From a virus (lineage: Duplodnaviria; Caudoviricetes): 64,000 nucleotides of DNA. This document shows, in pieces, positions 45,599 to 54,931 of the stretch. The stretch is from the IMG/VR virus record IMGVR_UViG_3300028840_001835; one strand, 5' to 3'. Both the position numbers and the translations under genes were made by a program. Position 1 is the stretch's first letter. Every line of letters starts with the position of its first letter. The notes beneath the pieces were generated by a model. The model did no database searches. It worked only from the letters and a program-made list of their open reading frames with translations, and was not told where the DNA came from.

Positions 45599-46623
45599 AA
45601 GAGTTTAAGAAGTTTTCAAGTATAGAGAATAGTTACAGAGTCAAGTATCTGGAACTATTAAAACAGTATACTCTTGATGATGGTACATTTGTCGTATCAG
45701 AGAAGATACATGGTGCCAATTTTTCCATTTGGTACGATGGAACTGATCTCAAATGCGCCAAGAGAAGCGCCTTTCTAAAGGAGGATGATAATTTTTCCAA
45801 CTTTCAGGAAGTTCGTGATCGGCTACGTCCGAACATACAGAATCTTCACACCTTTCTTCGTGTGTCCCAGCAGAATATTGAGGACCCGCTCGAGGTCGCA
45901 GTGTATGGAGAACTGTTTGGTGGTTCGTATCCTCACAAGGATGTATCGGTAGATCCGGGGGCCAAGAAAATACAGAAGGGTATACATTATTGCCCTCACA
46001 ATGATTTCTACGCCTTCGATATAAGGGTAAACGGTGTGTACCTATCCGTACCAGAAGCCAATGATCTATTTAACAGGTTTGGGTTTCTTCATGCGGAGAC
46101 TTTATTTGAAGGTTCATTAAAGAACTGCCTGGAATATAAAAATGAATTCCAGACCACCGTCCCTGGTAAGTTTCAACTTCCACAGATTGATGATAACTTC
46201 TGCGAGGGTGTTGTTATAAGACCCGTAGAGCCAAGGTTTTTTCCTAACGGGTCCAGGGTCATTCTCAAGAACAAGAACGCCAAGTGGGAGGAAAAGAGTA
46301 AGGCAAGTGATAGAAAGCCAAAGATAGAGGTTCAACTGACTGACGAGGAACAAAGACTTTACCATGAATTTCATTCTCTCGTTACGGAGAACAGATTAGT
46401 GAATGTGTTATCCAAGTTCGGACCAGTTGGGCAAAAGGACTTTGGAAAGTTACTTGGGGAGTTCTCCAGGGATATATCGGAGGAGTTTAACAAGGATTTC
46501 AATGAGGCCTTCGGTGAGCTGAATAAGTCCGTTCAAAAAATTATCAAAGGTAAGGTCCAAAAGGCAGCAAGTAAGATAATAAGAGATCATTATGTGAACA
46601 TAATTGATGGAACATGGCCTTGA
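45595..46623 (+). CDS. rnlB: RNA ligase 2 (Rnl2 family)
   Basis: FKKFSSIENSY, motif I EKIHGANF, YGELFGG, FYAFDI, EGVVI, LKNK; C-terminal VTENRL.NVLSK.G. Confidence 0.93.
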   Translation: MKEFKKFSSIENSYRVKYLELLKQYTLDDGTFVVSEKIHGANFSIWYDGTDLKCAKRSAFLKEDDNFSNFQEVRDRLRPNIQNLHTFLRVSQQNIEDPLEVAVYGELFGGSYPHKDVSVDPGAKKIQKGIHYCPHNDFYAFDIRVNGVYLSVPEANDLFNRFGFLHAETLFEGSLKNCLEYKNEFQTTVPGKFQLPQIDDNFCEGVVIRPVEPRFFPNGSRVILKNKNAKWEEKSKASDRKPKIEVQLTDEEQRLYHEFHSLVTENRLVNVLSKFGPVGQKDFGKLLGEFSRDISEEFNKDFNEAFGELNKSVQKIIKGKVQKAASKIIRDHYVNIIDGTWP

Positions 46624-46645
46624 TTGGATCGACCTTGATATGCAG

Positions 46646-46674
46646 AAAGGGGAGGTTTAACACCTCCCCTTTTT
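46646..46674. terminator. Bidirectional terminator
   Basis: AAAGGGGAGGT-ttaac-ACCTCCCCTTTT between convergent genes. Confidence 0.85.
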
Positions 46675-46689
46675 ATTTGCCTAAAATTT

Positions 46690-47313
46690 TTATCTACATT
46701 GTGGCCATGCACTACAACCTAAAAACTTCTTTCCAGCCCCTGGACCTCGCTTGGCTTTTCGTTCAACCAAGAATTCCCCGCACTTCTCACAGGTCTGTAA
46801 CTTGTATAGGGCATGATATTGTTCATTGACCTTCTTCTTTAACCTCTCAGCCCAACCAACAAGCCGGTTGATCCGTACCGACTTCCCGATCATCTTGTCT
46901 AACCGATTGTTATATAGAAACACTCGGATAGCGTCCTTTCCCTTTCTTCGGGAGATGCCCGCCTCATCAATGGAGGAGAGTATTCGAATGTATATATCTG
47001 GGTGTGATTTGAACGGGCGTTCATAAACCAGCTCCCTGGTGAAGCCATCTGATTCCGCAATCTGGAAACCGGCGGGTCGGACTATGTCCTCAAACTCCTT
47101 TCTCTCTATATAGACAAAGGCGTCCTTTTTTACCGCCTCTCCCTTTATAATCGCCACCGAGAGCCCGGCCACCCGCTTGTCATTCACCTTTGTGTTGATC
47201 AGGGCGAGGGCCTTATTCTCTTTGATCTCAGAGCACTTCTTCAATGACCGATGATCATCCTGCCTGGCCTTTTTCCAGTCCCGATTTCTCCAACGCATGA
47301 TGTATCCTTTCAA
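46690..47313 (-). CDS. Hypothetical protein with C-terminal topoisomerase-type C4 zinc finger
   Basis: CEKCGEFLVER...KFLGCSAWPQC; GKDAIRV motif. Confidence 0.7.
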   Translation of the reverse strand: MKGYIMRWRNRDWKKARQDDHRSLKKCSEIKENKALALINTKVNDKRVAGLSVAIIKGEAVKKDAFVYIERKEFEDIVRPAGFQIAESDGFTRELVYERPFKSHPDIYIRILSSIDEAGISRRKGKDAIRVFLYNNRLDKMIGKSVRINRLVGWAERLKKKVNEQYHALYKLQTCEKCGEFLVERKAKRGPGAGKKFLGCSAWPQCR

Positions 47314-48038
47314 TTCGATAACTTTGCGAATCTGTTTATATAGTCTGGGTCCTGTGAAAAGATCGGTATCTCCTTATCAATGAACCACTTTCCATCCTCC
47401 CCCTTCACAATACAGGTTCCGCGTTTCTCGATAGTTGGAAGATCATTGAAGTTGATCTTCTTCAAAAGAAAAAGCATGTCCTGGATCTGGTCACAGGATT
47501 TCTTATGTAGCTCTTTGTGAGAGAATTGAGAACGGCCTACCATCTGAATGGCATTACGTGTTGCGTCCTGCTGCCTCCAGAGGAATATGTTATATATCTC
47601 ATTCTCTGGAAGAACAAATCCCCGGCAATCAAAAAACGCACAAGGCATATTAATGTCCACATTATGAAATGCTCTAAATGCCTCATTAAATAACGCTGTC
47701 GCCATGGACGCAGTGACAGACGTGATCTTGTTTATCTTCTTACCAAACCATGGCTCGGTCTCAAAGGTCTGGTCGTCCCTTATAAGAATCGTTATCTCGT
47801 CAGATTGCGTGTATGCGATCTGTGCACCTGGTATCGTTTTGCAAAGGTCAAAAGATGTTCTTATCATAGAATCGATCAACCTATAGTCGAACGGCTTCCT
47901 ACATTTCCATTTCTTTACATTGGTGTGGAAGTGGACACCGTCCAGACGGAGAACGAGAGGCATCCGTATCGGATACTTGCCAGAGAAGGCTCGCTCGTAT
48001 TCTTTCATCCTATCGCCTAAGTTCATTCTCCCTCCCAT
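47310..48038 (-). CDS. thg1: tRNA-His guanylyltransferase / Thg1-like 3'-5' polymerase
   Basis: RMKEYE, RLDGVHFH, YTQSDEI, FDCR, WRQQDATRN, KRG. Confidence 0.93.
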   Translation of the reverse strand: MGGRMNLGDRMKEYERAFSGKYPIRMPLVLRLDGVHFHTNVKKWKCRKPFDYRLIDSMIRTSFDLCKTIPGAQIAYTQSDEITILIRDDQTFETEPWFGKKINKITSVTASMATALFNEAFRAFHNVDINMPCAFFDCRGFVLPENEIYNIFLWRQQDATRNAIQMVGRSQFSHKELHKKSCDQIQDMLFLLKKINFNDLPTIEKRGTCIVKGEDGKWFIDKEIPIFSQDPDYINRFAKLSN

Positions 48039-48235
48039 CCATCATGATATAACCGACGGCACTCTATACAACCGTGTGAGGAATCCATGTCTTTCGCAGT
48101 ACAACCATTGCAGTCATAAGAAGGATGTTCCACCTTTCCGTCGATACGAATCGCACCAGTTATCGTACACCAATCTACATTGGCAACCTCGATACTACTA
48201 TCCGATATCTTAACCCAGTTATGTTTAGCCATCAT
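48023..48235 (-). CDS. Small Cys-rich protein
   Basis: CNGC...CIEC. Confidence 0.5.
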   Translation of the reverse strand: MMAKHNWVKISDSSIEVANVDWCTITGAIRIDGKVEHPSYDCNGCTAKDMDSSHGCIECRRLYHDGWEGE

Positions 48236-49256
48236 CGTCCTCCTTGGTAATTGGTTTCAATATCTTCCAGATATACTCATCGTACCCCTTACCGTCAAGC
48301 ATCTTGAACACGACAGCCCACAGCTTATTGCTAATACTGTTCTTTATTGTGATTGCCTGCTCTTTCCTAGTAGAAAGATTCTTAACCCTCTCAAAGACAC
48401 CAAGGGCCAGAGCCTTGTTTGTATCGAACTCCTTCTCAAAGTTATCCTTGACCTCCTTGATCCACTTCTCAAACTCCTCAGGAAGATTCACCAGTATAGA
48501 ATCAAAGTCTGCACCATCCTTGAGCATCTCCCAAACAGCCTTCTCATTTAGACCGGTGACGATTCTGTGAAGTCTTACATACTCCTCAAACTTCATCTTT
48601 AGTCTAAACCCATTGTCAAACTTCACAACAAAGCCCTCAGAATTATTCTTATCATTCTTAGTTAGAACCCTAAAGTCCTTTACACCGTCATACTTCTTGA
48701 CGGTTGGCAAGGAAATATCATTAATTGAAAAATCAAACCCGGTCTCGTTATCTATGATGGCGAGAAGAAACAGATCTGTTACATCACCATAGTTTACCAC
48801 GATCCTGTTATCTGGATATATGATCTCAAACAGATAGGTGAATCCATCCTTGAAATGAAAATCCTTGTATCTATTTTCAAGTATCCTGTTGGCTACCCGA
48901 GCCTGCTCAGAGTCAAACGAACCGCGAGTTGCAATTCTGGGAGTACCATCGGGCATCTTGTATAAGATACCAAGAGAACCATCCAGCTTGTCATACACCT
49001 CAAAGGTCTCATTAGGTATCTGGATACCTAATCCAGGGAGCTCCTCATAGTTGAAAAACTTCGGGAAAGGCCGTGCAATTATCTCACCATACTCATTGAG
49101 TATCAACCCGCGACACATCATGTTGGTGCCGTTCCAACGCCTTTTGAACTGACAGTCCGGAGTGTAATTATATATGTAATAATCTACCTCTGGATGTTTC
49201 TTGACCATGACATTTCCAGCCTCAATCTCAGTCTGTATCTTATCTAGTAGAGTCAT
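48225..49256 (-). CDS. rnlA: RNA ligase 1 (T4 Rnl1-like)
   Basis: CRGLI...ARPFPKFFNY, motif I DKLDGSL, IATRGSF, YLFEII, EGFVV, LKMK..EY. Confidence 0.92.
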   Translation of the reverse strand: MTLLDKIQTEIEAGNVMVKKHPEVDYYIYNYTPDCQFKRRWNGTNMMCRGLILNEYGEIIARPFPKFFNYEELPGLGIQIPNETFEVYDKLDGSLGILYKMPDGTPRIATRGSFDSEQARVANRILENRYKDFHFKDGFTYLFEIIYPDNRIVVNYGDVTDLFLLAIIDNETGFDFSINDISLPTVKKYDGVKDFRVLTKNDKNNSEGFVVKFDNGFRLKMKFEEYVRLHRIVTGLNEKAVWEMLKDGADFDSILVNLPEEFEKWIKEVKDNFEKEFDTNKALALGVFERVKNLSTRKEQAITIKNSISNKLWAVVFKMLDGKGYDEYIWKILKPITKEDDDG

Positions 49257-49431
49257 ACATTGCTCCTTTAACTATTGATAAACCAAATACATACATCGCA
49301 TTGAAAATCGGAACCAGAGTCCAGAGTCCGACTTCAAATGATAAAACTGGATATCCCTGCGCCAACAGGCAGGCAAGAAAATGCCACCAGGGACCATTAT
49401 ATACAACTGATGCCTCTATCCTATTTTTCAT
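49240..49431 (-). CDS. Small membrane protein
   Basis: Hydrophobic 63-aa ORF. Confidence 0.5.
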   Translation of the reverse strand: MKNRIEASVVYNGPWWHFLACLLAQGYPVLSFEVGLWTLVPIFNAMYVFGLSIVKGAMYDSTR

Positions 49432-50132
49432 TATTCCTCCTCAGGGTTGAATGATTCACAAGCCTTGCCTAAATCCAATCTCTTTCGTGCTATGTTACGC
49501 ACCACTATGTTCTCCTCATCGTCCTGCCTATAATATGATAGATCGCAATTCGATAGTATGTTACCTTTACAGTTGAGATATAGTTCACCATCTATACGTT
49601 CATCCTCAACAGTGAAACCGTGTATGGGATTCTCCCGTCCTTTTCCCAACTTTAGATATGCGTTTCCCTCCTGAATTAAAGAGAAGTCTTTTGTACCATC
49701 TTGCTCGAACTTCATTCGGGCAAAACCAAAGGCCAGGATCTTATCATCAACTTTTCGCCAGTTATGATATCCATCGTTACTTATTTCGACTGCAGTCACT
49801 TCGTTATCGTCACAATATGTCCAAAGTCTAAGAATCGCAAACAAAAACCTATCAGGAACCTTGATGCCATTGGTGGCGATATAGAAGTTCCCAATCCCCA
49901 CCTTGTACTTTTTGGCTAAGCGGATGATGGTTCTGATTTTATCAGGTACCAGGGACGGCTCACCACCAGTTATGGTCAGGAACGATATATACTCCAGTTT
50001 CTGAAAAAGGCCCTCGATGTATTTATCATCAATGTCCTTGTCCTGGGCATCACCCCTCAGGCAGTGCAGACATTTAAGGTTACACCTGCGGGTCACCTCG
50101 ATGATCAAATTATCTATAGAATATTTCTTCAT
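49431..50132 (-). CDS. Radical SAM protein
   Basis: EVTRRCNLKCLHC (CxxxCxxC), TGGEP, IATNG, ISNDGYH. Confidence 0.9.
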   Translation of the reverse strand: MKKYSIDNLIIEVTRRCNLKCLHCLRGDAQDKDIDDKYIEGLFQKLEYISFLTITGGEPSLVPDKIRTIIRLAKKYKVGIGNFYIATNGIKVPDRFLFAILRLWTYCDDNEVTAVEISNDGYHNWRKVDDKILAFGFARMKFEQDGTKDFSLIQEGNAYLKLGKGRENPIHGFTVEDERIDGELYLNCKGNILSNCDLSYYRQDDEENIVVRNIARKRLDLGKACESFNPEEE

Positions 50133-50261
50133 TTCTTTCTCCTATACCAATATATGACTTTTTCGATCTCGGCCTTCTTCATGGATCTTAATTCTGTATC
50201 ACTAATTCTATTATATACTCCGTTCACAAAGTTATCCCTTAGTTCTTTCTCAAAGAAGATC

Positions 50262-50606
50262 CTATCGGATAGATCGTGTTTTTTTTATCGTCAGTTTTTT
50301 GGCCCAATCATGTTTCAACCTACAATGTATAACTGACAGACAATCCCAAAAGTCTCCAATGATCTCGGGCTTGACCTTGTTTAAATATCTCTGAAGTTCG
50401 TCAAAGTTTTTGACCGTATCAATATTATTCCGAAGATATCTAAAGATCATAGAGTTCATCCACTTGCCCTGTTCGATAGTCAGATTCTCACAACCACGGG
50501 AGATTTTATAGAAGTTAAACCTCCAACCTCTAACAGGCCATCCAGCAGCGACCGCCGGAATGGCGGTCATCGCGGTTAACGTCTTTAGAAATGTTCTTCT
50601 ATCCAT
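50262..50606 (-). CDS. Protein with twin-arginine (Tat) signal-like N-terminus
   Basis: Likely true start at 50606: MDRRTFLKTLTAMTAIPAVAA. The track ORF extends upstream over the next gene. Confidence 0.55.
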   Translation of the reverse strand: MDRRTFLKTLTAMTAIPAVAAGWPVRGWRFNFYKISRGCENLTIEQGKWMNSMIFRYLRNNIDTVKNFDELQRYLNKVKPEIIGDFWDCLSVIHCRLKHDWAKKLTIKKTRSIR

Positions 50607-50991
50607 ATATGACCTCACCAAAAATGGCACACTGAGCTGCGGCGTCAACAACCCATGCGTCCCAGTTACCAAGCTCCAACAAATCCTCGAGTCCGTCAAT
50701 ACCATCAAAGTGGTAATCCTTGGCGAGAATTTTCTCCATGAGAATCTGAATACCCTTTTCGGCCATCTCAAGATCGACCTTGTAAAGTTTGGAATTTCCT
50801 TCATCATCCTCGTCCTCCAGATCCTCAAACACGAACATGAAAGGTTTCCCTGGGGTATCGCCATAACGCCAATTGATACACGACAGGCACATTCCGGCCT
50901 CAGGAAAGTTCTGATAAACTTCCTTGGCAATCGTTGTGACATTAATTGGAACCTTAAGTTCCACAATTTTGTCATTGGTCGATTCGGTCAT
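50599..50991 (-). CDS. Hypothetical acidic protein
   Basis: Ends DAWVVDAAAQCAIFGEVIYG; GGAGG RBS. Confidence 0.7.
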   Translation of the reverse strand: MTESTNDKIVELKVPINVTTIAKEVYQNFPEAGMCLSCINWRYGDTPGKPFMFVFEDLEDEDDEGNSKLYKVDLEMAEKGIQILMEKILAKDYHFDGIDGLEDLLELGNWDAWVVDAAAQCAIFGEVIYG

Positions 50992-51521
50992 ATATACCTC
51001 CTTAGTAAGGTTTTGATTTCTGGTTCATTCATATCTCCTAAATCTTTTCCCTCAGGCATGACCACATGCTCATGACCCATCTTGGCCAACTTCAACCCTG
51101 CGGCGTCTCCGTCGCAGACCGCCACCCTTCGATGGGGAAGTATTCGAAGCCAAGACCTGTGCCTCTTCGGATCATTAGAGAGAAGGGCAAATGCGTTCAA
51201 CCCAAGGTTGTGTAACTTGACCGCGTCAAATATACCTTCCGTGAGAAATAGATATTTCTTTCCAGGATCATATGTATCCAATCCAAAGAAACCTATTGCC
51301 TTCTTATAACCCTCACTTGTAAAGTAAGTAAAGTACCTCTGGAGTCTAGGGTCATGGTTATTCCGTATCTTGGGGCCGTTCGGATTATAGGTCTGATATC
51401 CGACCAGTTTGCCTGAAAAGTTATACAACATAAAAGTTGCTATACCATCAGCCTCAGATAAGTGAACAGAATACCGTTCGACTTTAAGATCCCTACTTCT
51501 AAGATGTTCTATTAAATCCAT
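50988..51521 (-). CDS. Toprim-only primase-like protein
   Basis: GKLVGYQ.Y, FLTEGIFDAVKL, VCDGD.AG, KDLGDM; no Zn ribbon. Confidence 0.8.
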   Translation of the reverse strand: MDLIEHLRSRDLKVERYSVHLSEADGIATFMLYNFSGKLVGYQTYNPNGPKIRNNHDPRLQRYFTYFTSEGYKKAIGFFGLDTYDPGKKYLFLTEGIFDAVKLHNLGLNAFALLSNDPKRHRSWLRILPHRRVAVCDGDAAGLKLAKMGHEHVVMPEGKDLGDMNEPEIKTLLRRYI

Positions 51522-51727
51522 TATTTGTACCCCACCAGTTTTATTACCAATGTCTGTTCATTAGAATAAGGTATATCATCCATATCTAAATCTATGGTCA
51601 ATGTATCATGCTCACACCCCTGGCTGGTGAGAGTCCTAACACCACGATTTATCTTATGTCTAAAATCTTTGAGATCCATAAATTCCACACCACGAACCAA
51701 TTCATATTCCACAGACTTTTTATTCAT
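51521..51727 (-). CDS. Hypothetical protein
   Basis: 68-aa ORF in operon. Confidence 0.55.
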   Translation of the reverse strand: MNKKSVEYELVRGVEFMDLKDFRHKINRGVRTLTSQGCEHDTLTIDLDMDDIPYSNEQTLVIKLVGYK

Positions 51728-51948
51728 TTTCCAACCTCCTCTAATATATGTGAACCAGTCATAATAGACTGAACCTGATCCTCATCAAACTCCTCAACAT
51801 ATACCGAACCAACCTCTAGGTGAATAGATTGTTCATCGCAACCTCGTTTGACCAATATATCTTTAGCCATATTGATTGATCTTATAGCCTCTTCAGGACT
51901 ACAGTAATTAAGCTCCAGATAAATATTTTCATGAACCAATGTTCTCAT
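51724..51948 (-). CDS. Hypothetical protein
   Basis: 74-aa ORF, weakly similar to 51521..51727. Confidence 0.55.
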   Translation of the reverse strand: MRTLVHENIYLELNYCSPEEAIRSINMAKDILVKRGCDEQSIHLEVGSVYVEEFDEDQVQSIMTGSHILEEVGK

Positions 51949-52643
51949 TATCCATTCACCTTGCTAAAAACTCTTTTCTTGACTATACCGTGAGGATATA
52001 TACATAAGTCCTTTGCCTGACCTTTACCATAACACATTCCACACTTTTTACATTTAATTCCATGGGTCAGATTGAGGCATAACATCTCACCAACACCAAG
52101 ATCCGAAATATCATTGATCATCCTAAAAGTTCTCCAGCCTTTATTAGCGGCCCGAACCCGACCAACATAAGTCTCCACCGATGCCATCAGGATATCTCTA
52201 TATTCCTGATTATTTTCATTATCCCAATGATGGGTGTAACCAGTATGTTTTTTAGAATTCCGAAGTACCGTTCTCCACACCTCCACAGGAACGGCGGTGG
52301 GATCACCATAAGATCCGATCCGAATTGACTCGCCATTAAAAACATCAGAATTCCAGACCCGAGAATACTTCCCAGCCTTGTATGCTTTATAGATACTATC
52401 GGGCCCGAAGAAAGTCCTAACATAACAACCACCACCGAGACCAAACCTTTGTGGACAATCCCCGCAGATCGATTTATCGTCCAAAGACTTAATTGCATCA
52501 GTCGGACGAATATCCGACCTGATAATAAAAGTCTGGATCATGTCACCAGTCTTTGAATTTTTCGATCCGAATGTAGCAATCGCCACTATCGGTTCACCAT
52601 CAATCCTGGACGGGCCTTCATATAAGATATATCCCTTAGTCAT
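51948..52643 (-). CDS. Gp88-like Cys-rich protein (radical-SAM-like Fe-S candidate)
   Basis: KTGDMIQT, ICGDCP...CYV, RIGSYGDP, GYTH, MASVE, C...C..C..C. Confidence 0.6.
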   Translation of the reverse strand: MTKGYILYEGPSRIDGEPIVAIATFGSKNSKTGDMIQTFIIRSDIRPTDAIKSLDDKSICGDCPQRFGLGGGCYVRTFFGPDSIYKAYKAGKYSRVWNSDVFNGESIRIGSYGDPTAVPVEVWRTVLRNSKKHTGYTHHWDNENNQEYRDILMASVETYVGRVRAANKGWRTFRMINDISDLGVGEMLCLNLTHGIKCKKCGMCYGKGQAKDLCIYPHGIVKKRVFSKVNG

Positions 52644-52645
52644 AA

Positions 52646-53074
52646 TTACATCCTTCTTTCACATTCCGGGCCAATGCCTAATTCTATGGACTTGGGGGTT
52701 GTCAACCGACGTCCACACCTGCAACATTTGCCTTCGTGTTTTATCCCATATCCTTCTGGGACAACCTTGCCTTGTAAAATCATCCCGATACCCCATTCCA
52801 GAACCTTCCAGGCTTTTTGGTCCCGTACTTTGGTCCCTTTGGTAGGATGCACATAGTATGTTTTGGTATTGAAAATTCCCATATAAGAATAGGATCGTTC
52901 ATTATCCGATCCTGTCATTAATGAAACAAAGAATGGGCCATTATCCACCTTGTTTCCTTCCCTGTCATATTGGCACTGCCTAATCTTAAAAGTAAAGTGA
53001 TCACCCTTATCATTATGAATAGTGAACACCGCATTGCCACCTCTGAAAAAGTCCTTGTTTTTGATTTCATTCAT
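52646..53074 (-). CDS. DUF6011-like zinc-finger protein
   Basis: C-terminal CCRCGRRLTTPKSIELGIGPEC. Confidence 0.75.
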   Translation of the reverse strand: MNEIKNKDFFRGGNAVFTIHNDKGDHFTFKIRQCQYDREGNKVDNGPFFVSLMTGSDNERSYSYMGIFNTKTYYVHPTKGTKVRDQKAWKVLEWGIGMILQGKVVPEGYGIKHEGKCCRCGRRLTTPKSIELGIGPECERRM

Positions 53075-53095
53075 GATACCTCCAGTTTCATTATA

Positions 53096-53124
53096 ATTAT
53101 ACTAGGTTTTCAGGCCGCATTCAA
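53096..53124 (-). promoter_or_regulatory. Sigma70-type promoter class B (TTGAAT-N17-TATAAT)
   Basis: ATTATA 53096-53101 and ATTCAA 53119-53124 on the + strand. Confidence 0.75.
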
Positions 53125-53261
53125 GATAAAAACCAACCCGAAATTACGGTATTTTGACGAAAAACCGGGGTTCGATTCCTGTTTTTAGCCGAAAAACCGG
53201 GGCGGGCTCCCGGCCGGGGTTTTGACTGAATTTCGGGACCCTGGTTTTGTTCAGAAAACCC

Positions 53262-53290
53262 TTGAATTTTATCCCGTTCTATGATATAAT
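53262..53290 (+). promoter_or_regulatory. Sigma70-type promoter class B (TTGAAT-N17-TATAAT, extended -10)
   Basis: AAAACCC-TTGAAT...ATGA-TATAAT. Confidence 0.8.
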
Positions 53291-53424
53291 TGAATAATAG
53301 AAATCCCAGCCAGTTGGTCCGCTTTTGCCCCAGGGCGATTAAATGGGTTAAGAGAAACACAGGGAACTGCAGATAACCCTGAGGAGTATCACTGGGGCAG
53401 AATTTTAGGTGAAAGGAAATTCAA

Positions 53425-54102
53425 GTGAGCAAGTACGAACAGAAGGTCAGTCGAGAGGTTATAGAATCCCACTACAAGAATCTGAAATTATTTCTGGGTA
53501 GGATCGCCAAGAGGATCGAGCTGATGGGTTCTTACCGCAGGGGTAAGAGCCTTATTGGTGATCTGGACGTGGCGGTTGAATTAAGGGCGTGCGTCAAGGA
53601 AGACGATGTTAAGCAGGCCGTTGAACAGGTGTTCAAATATAGCAAGGATTTCGAGGTCACCTCTGGTGGCAACAAGCACATTACATTACACACGGCACTG
53701 GCCGGGATCAGGACCCAGCTCGATCTTTACTTTTTTAAACGGGCGCATTGGGGACCTGCCTCTTTGTTTTTGACTGGTAGCGGTCAGCACAACCAGCAGA
53801 TGAGATCGTATGCAAAATCCAAAGGTTGGAAGCTGAACCAGTATGGTCTTTTTGATGAGGATGGAAACCGGTTGGACAAGAACACCGAGCGGAGCATCTA
53901 TAAGGAGCTGGGTCTTCCATATGTCAAACCCGAAGATCGTAAGGGGGAGGATGAACTGGGTCTTGGTAAAAAGGTGAACAAGTCCATAGTCCGGAGGGTC
54001 AGGTCCAGCGATGGGAAAAGGTACTACACCGTAAAAAACGGAACGTGCACCTGCCCCGGATACAAGCATAGAAAGTTTTGCAGACATCTAAACCTAAAAT
54101 GA
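53425..54102 (+). CDS. Minimal family X DNA polymerase (palm + thumb) fused to a SWIM finger
   Basis: GSYRRGK..IGDLD, QLDL, LFLTGS..HN..MR..AK.KG.KLNQYGL, ERSIY..LGLPY..PEDR; C-terminal CTCPGY....CRH. Confidence 0.85.
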   Translation: MSKYEQKVSREVIESHYKNLKLFLGRIAKRIELMGSYRRGKSLIGDLDVAVELRACVKEDDVKQAVEQVFKYSKDFEVTSGGNKHITLHTALAGIRTQLDLYFFKRAHWGPASLFLTGSGQHNQQMRSYAKSKGWKLNQYGLFDEDGNRLDKNTERSIYKELGLPYVKPEDRKGEDELGLGKKVNKSIVRRVRSSDGKRYYTVKNGTCTCPGYKHRKFCRHLNLK

Positions 54103-54317
54103 AAGGAAATAAAATGAAAGGTCTTATAGATACATCCGATATCCAGCATTCCTACTGGAAGCTAAACGGGCTTATGAAAAGACTGAATAATTTTTTCACA
54201 TATCTTTTTGCTGCGTTGGCATCAATATTGATTCCAGTCGCGGTTGACAATTCCATGTATCTCGTTCTATATAAACAGTTCGATGGTAAGAATCCAATTA
54301 AGGAGATGGATTTATGA
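54078..54317 (+). CDS. Small membrane protein
   Basis: Hydrophobic segment FFTYLFAALASILIPV. Confidence 0.5.
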   Translation: MQTSKPKMKGNKMKGLIDTSDIQHSYWKLNGLMKRLNNFFTYLFAALASILIPVAVDNSMYLVLYKQFDGKNPIKEMDL

Positions 54318-54931
54318 ATTCACCCAAACAGTATCTAATTGAATATTTTTACAAGGAACTCAAAGAGGGTATGAGAATGGCCAAACATCAATTCTCCCTG
54401 GGACCGTCTAAAAACTCCCAAAAGTTTGATAGGGACATTGAAGAGGTCGTTCAGTTCGCCGCCCATGTTCATCATGGACAGAAATATGGAAGTCTACCAT
54501 ACACTGTCCACCTCAAACAGGTTCATGATGTATTGGCTGAGTTTGGAATCACAAATCCAGAACTACTTGCGGCTGCCTGGCTACACGATACCCTTGAGGA
54601 CACGGAAAGTAATTATCACGATCTTCTAAAGGAGTTTGGTAGGGTGGTTGCAGATGTGGTCTATGATATGACTGACGAACTTGGTCATAACAGGAAAGAG
54701 AGAAAAATCAAGACGTGGCCGAAGATGGCCTCCAACTACAGGTCTGTCATAGTGAAACAGGCAGACATGATCGCAAATGGTCGGCGTGGTAAGAAAATGG
54801 GCAACGACAAGTACCAGATGTATAAGAAGGAGTATCCAGCATTCCGTGAGTATTTCGAGTCTAGGACTCTCGGTGCAATATGTCTCTGGGAAGAACTGGA
54901 TAAACTTTTTGAGTACAGGACGGCGGCATGA
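54314..54931 (+). CDS. HD-domain hydrolase, RelA/SpoT hydrolase (Mesh1/SAH)-like
   Basis: AAHVHHGQ...PYTVHL..V, AAWLHDTLEDT, FG..VA..V, VKQAD..AN. Confidence 0.85.
   Translation: MNSPKQYLIEYFYKELKEGMRMAKHQFSLGPSKNSQKFDRDIEEVVQFAAHVHHGQKYGSLPYTVHLKQVHDVLAEFGITNPELLAAAWLHDTLEDTESNYHDLLKEFGRVVADVVYDMTDELGHNRKERKIKTWPKMASNYRSVIVKQADMIANGRRGKKMGNDKYQMYKKEYPAFREYFESRTLGAICLWEELDKLFEYRTAA

Noticed and set aside
50607-50975. N-terminal half of track ORF 50262..50975
   Set aside because: It overlaps the better-supported 50599..50991 gene in another frame; the likely start is 50606.
53355-53387. Hammerhead ribozyme (GAAA and CUGAGGA both present)
   Set aside because: No stem III with a (G)UH cleavage triplet, and no room for stem I between the two core elements.
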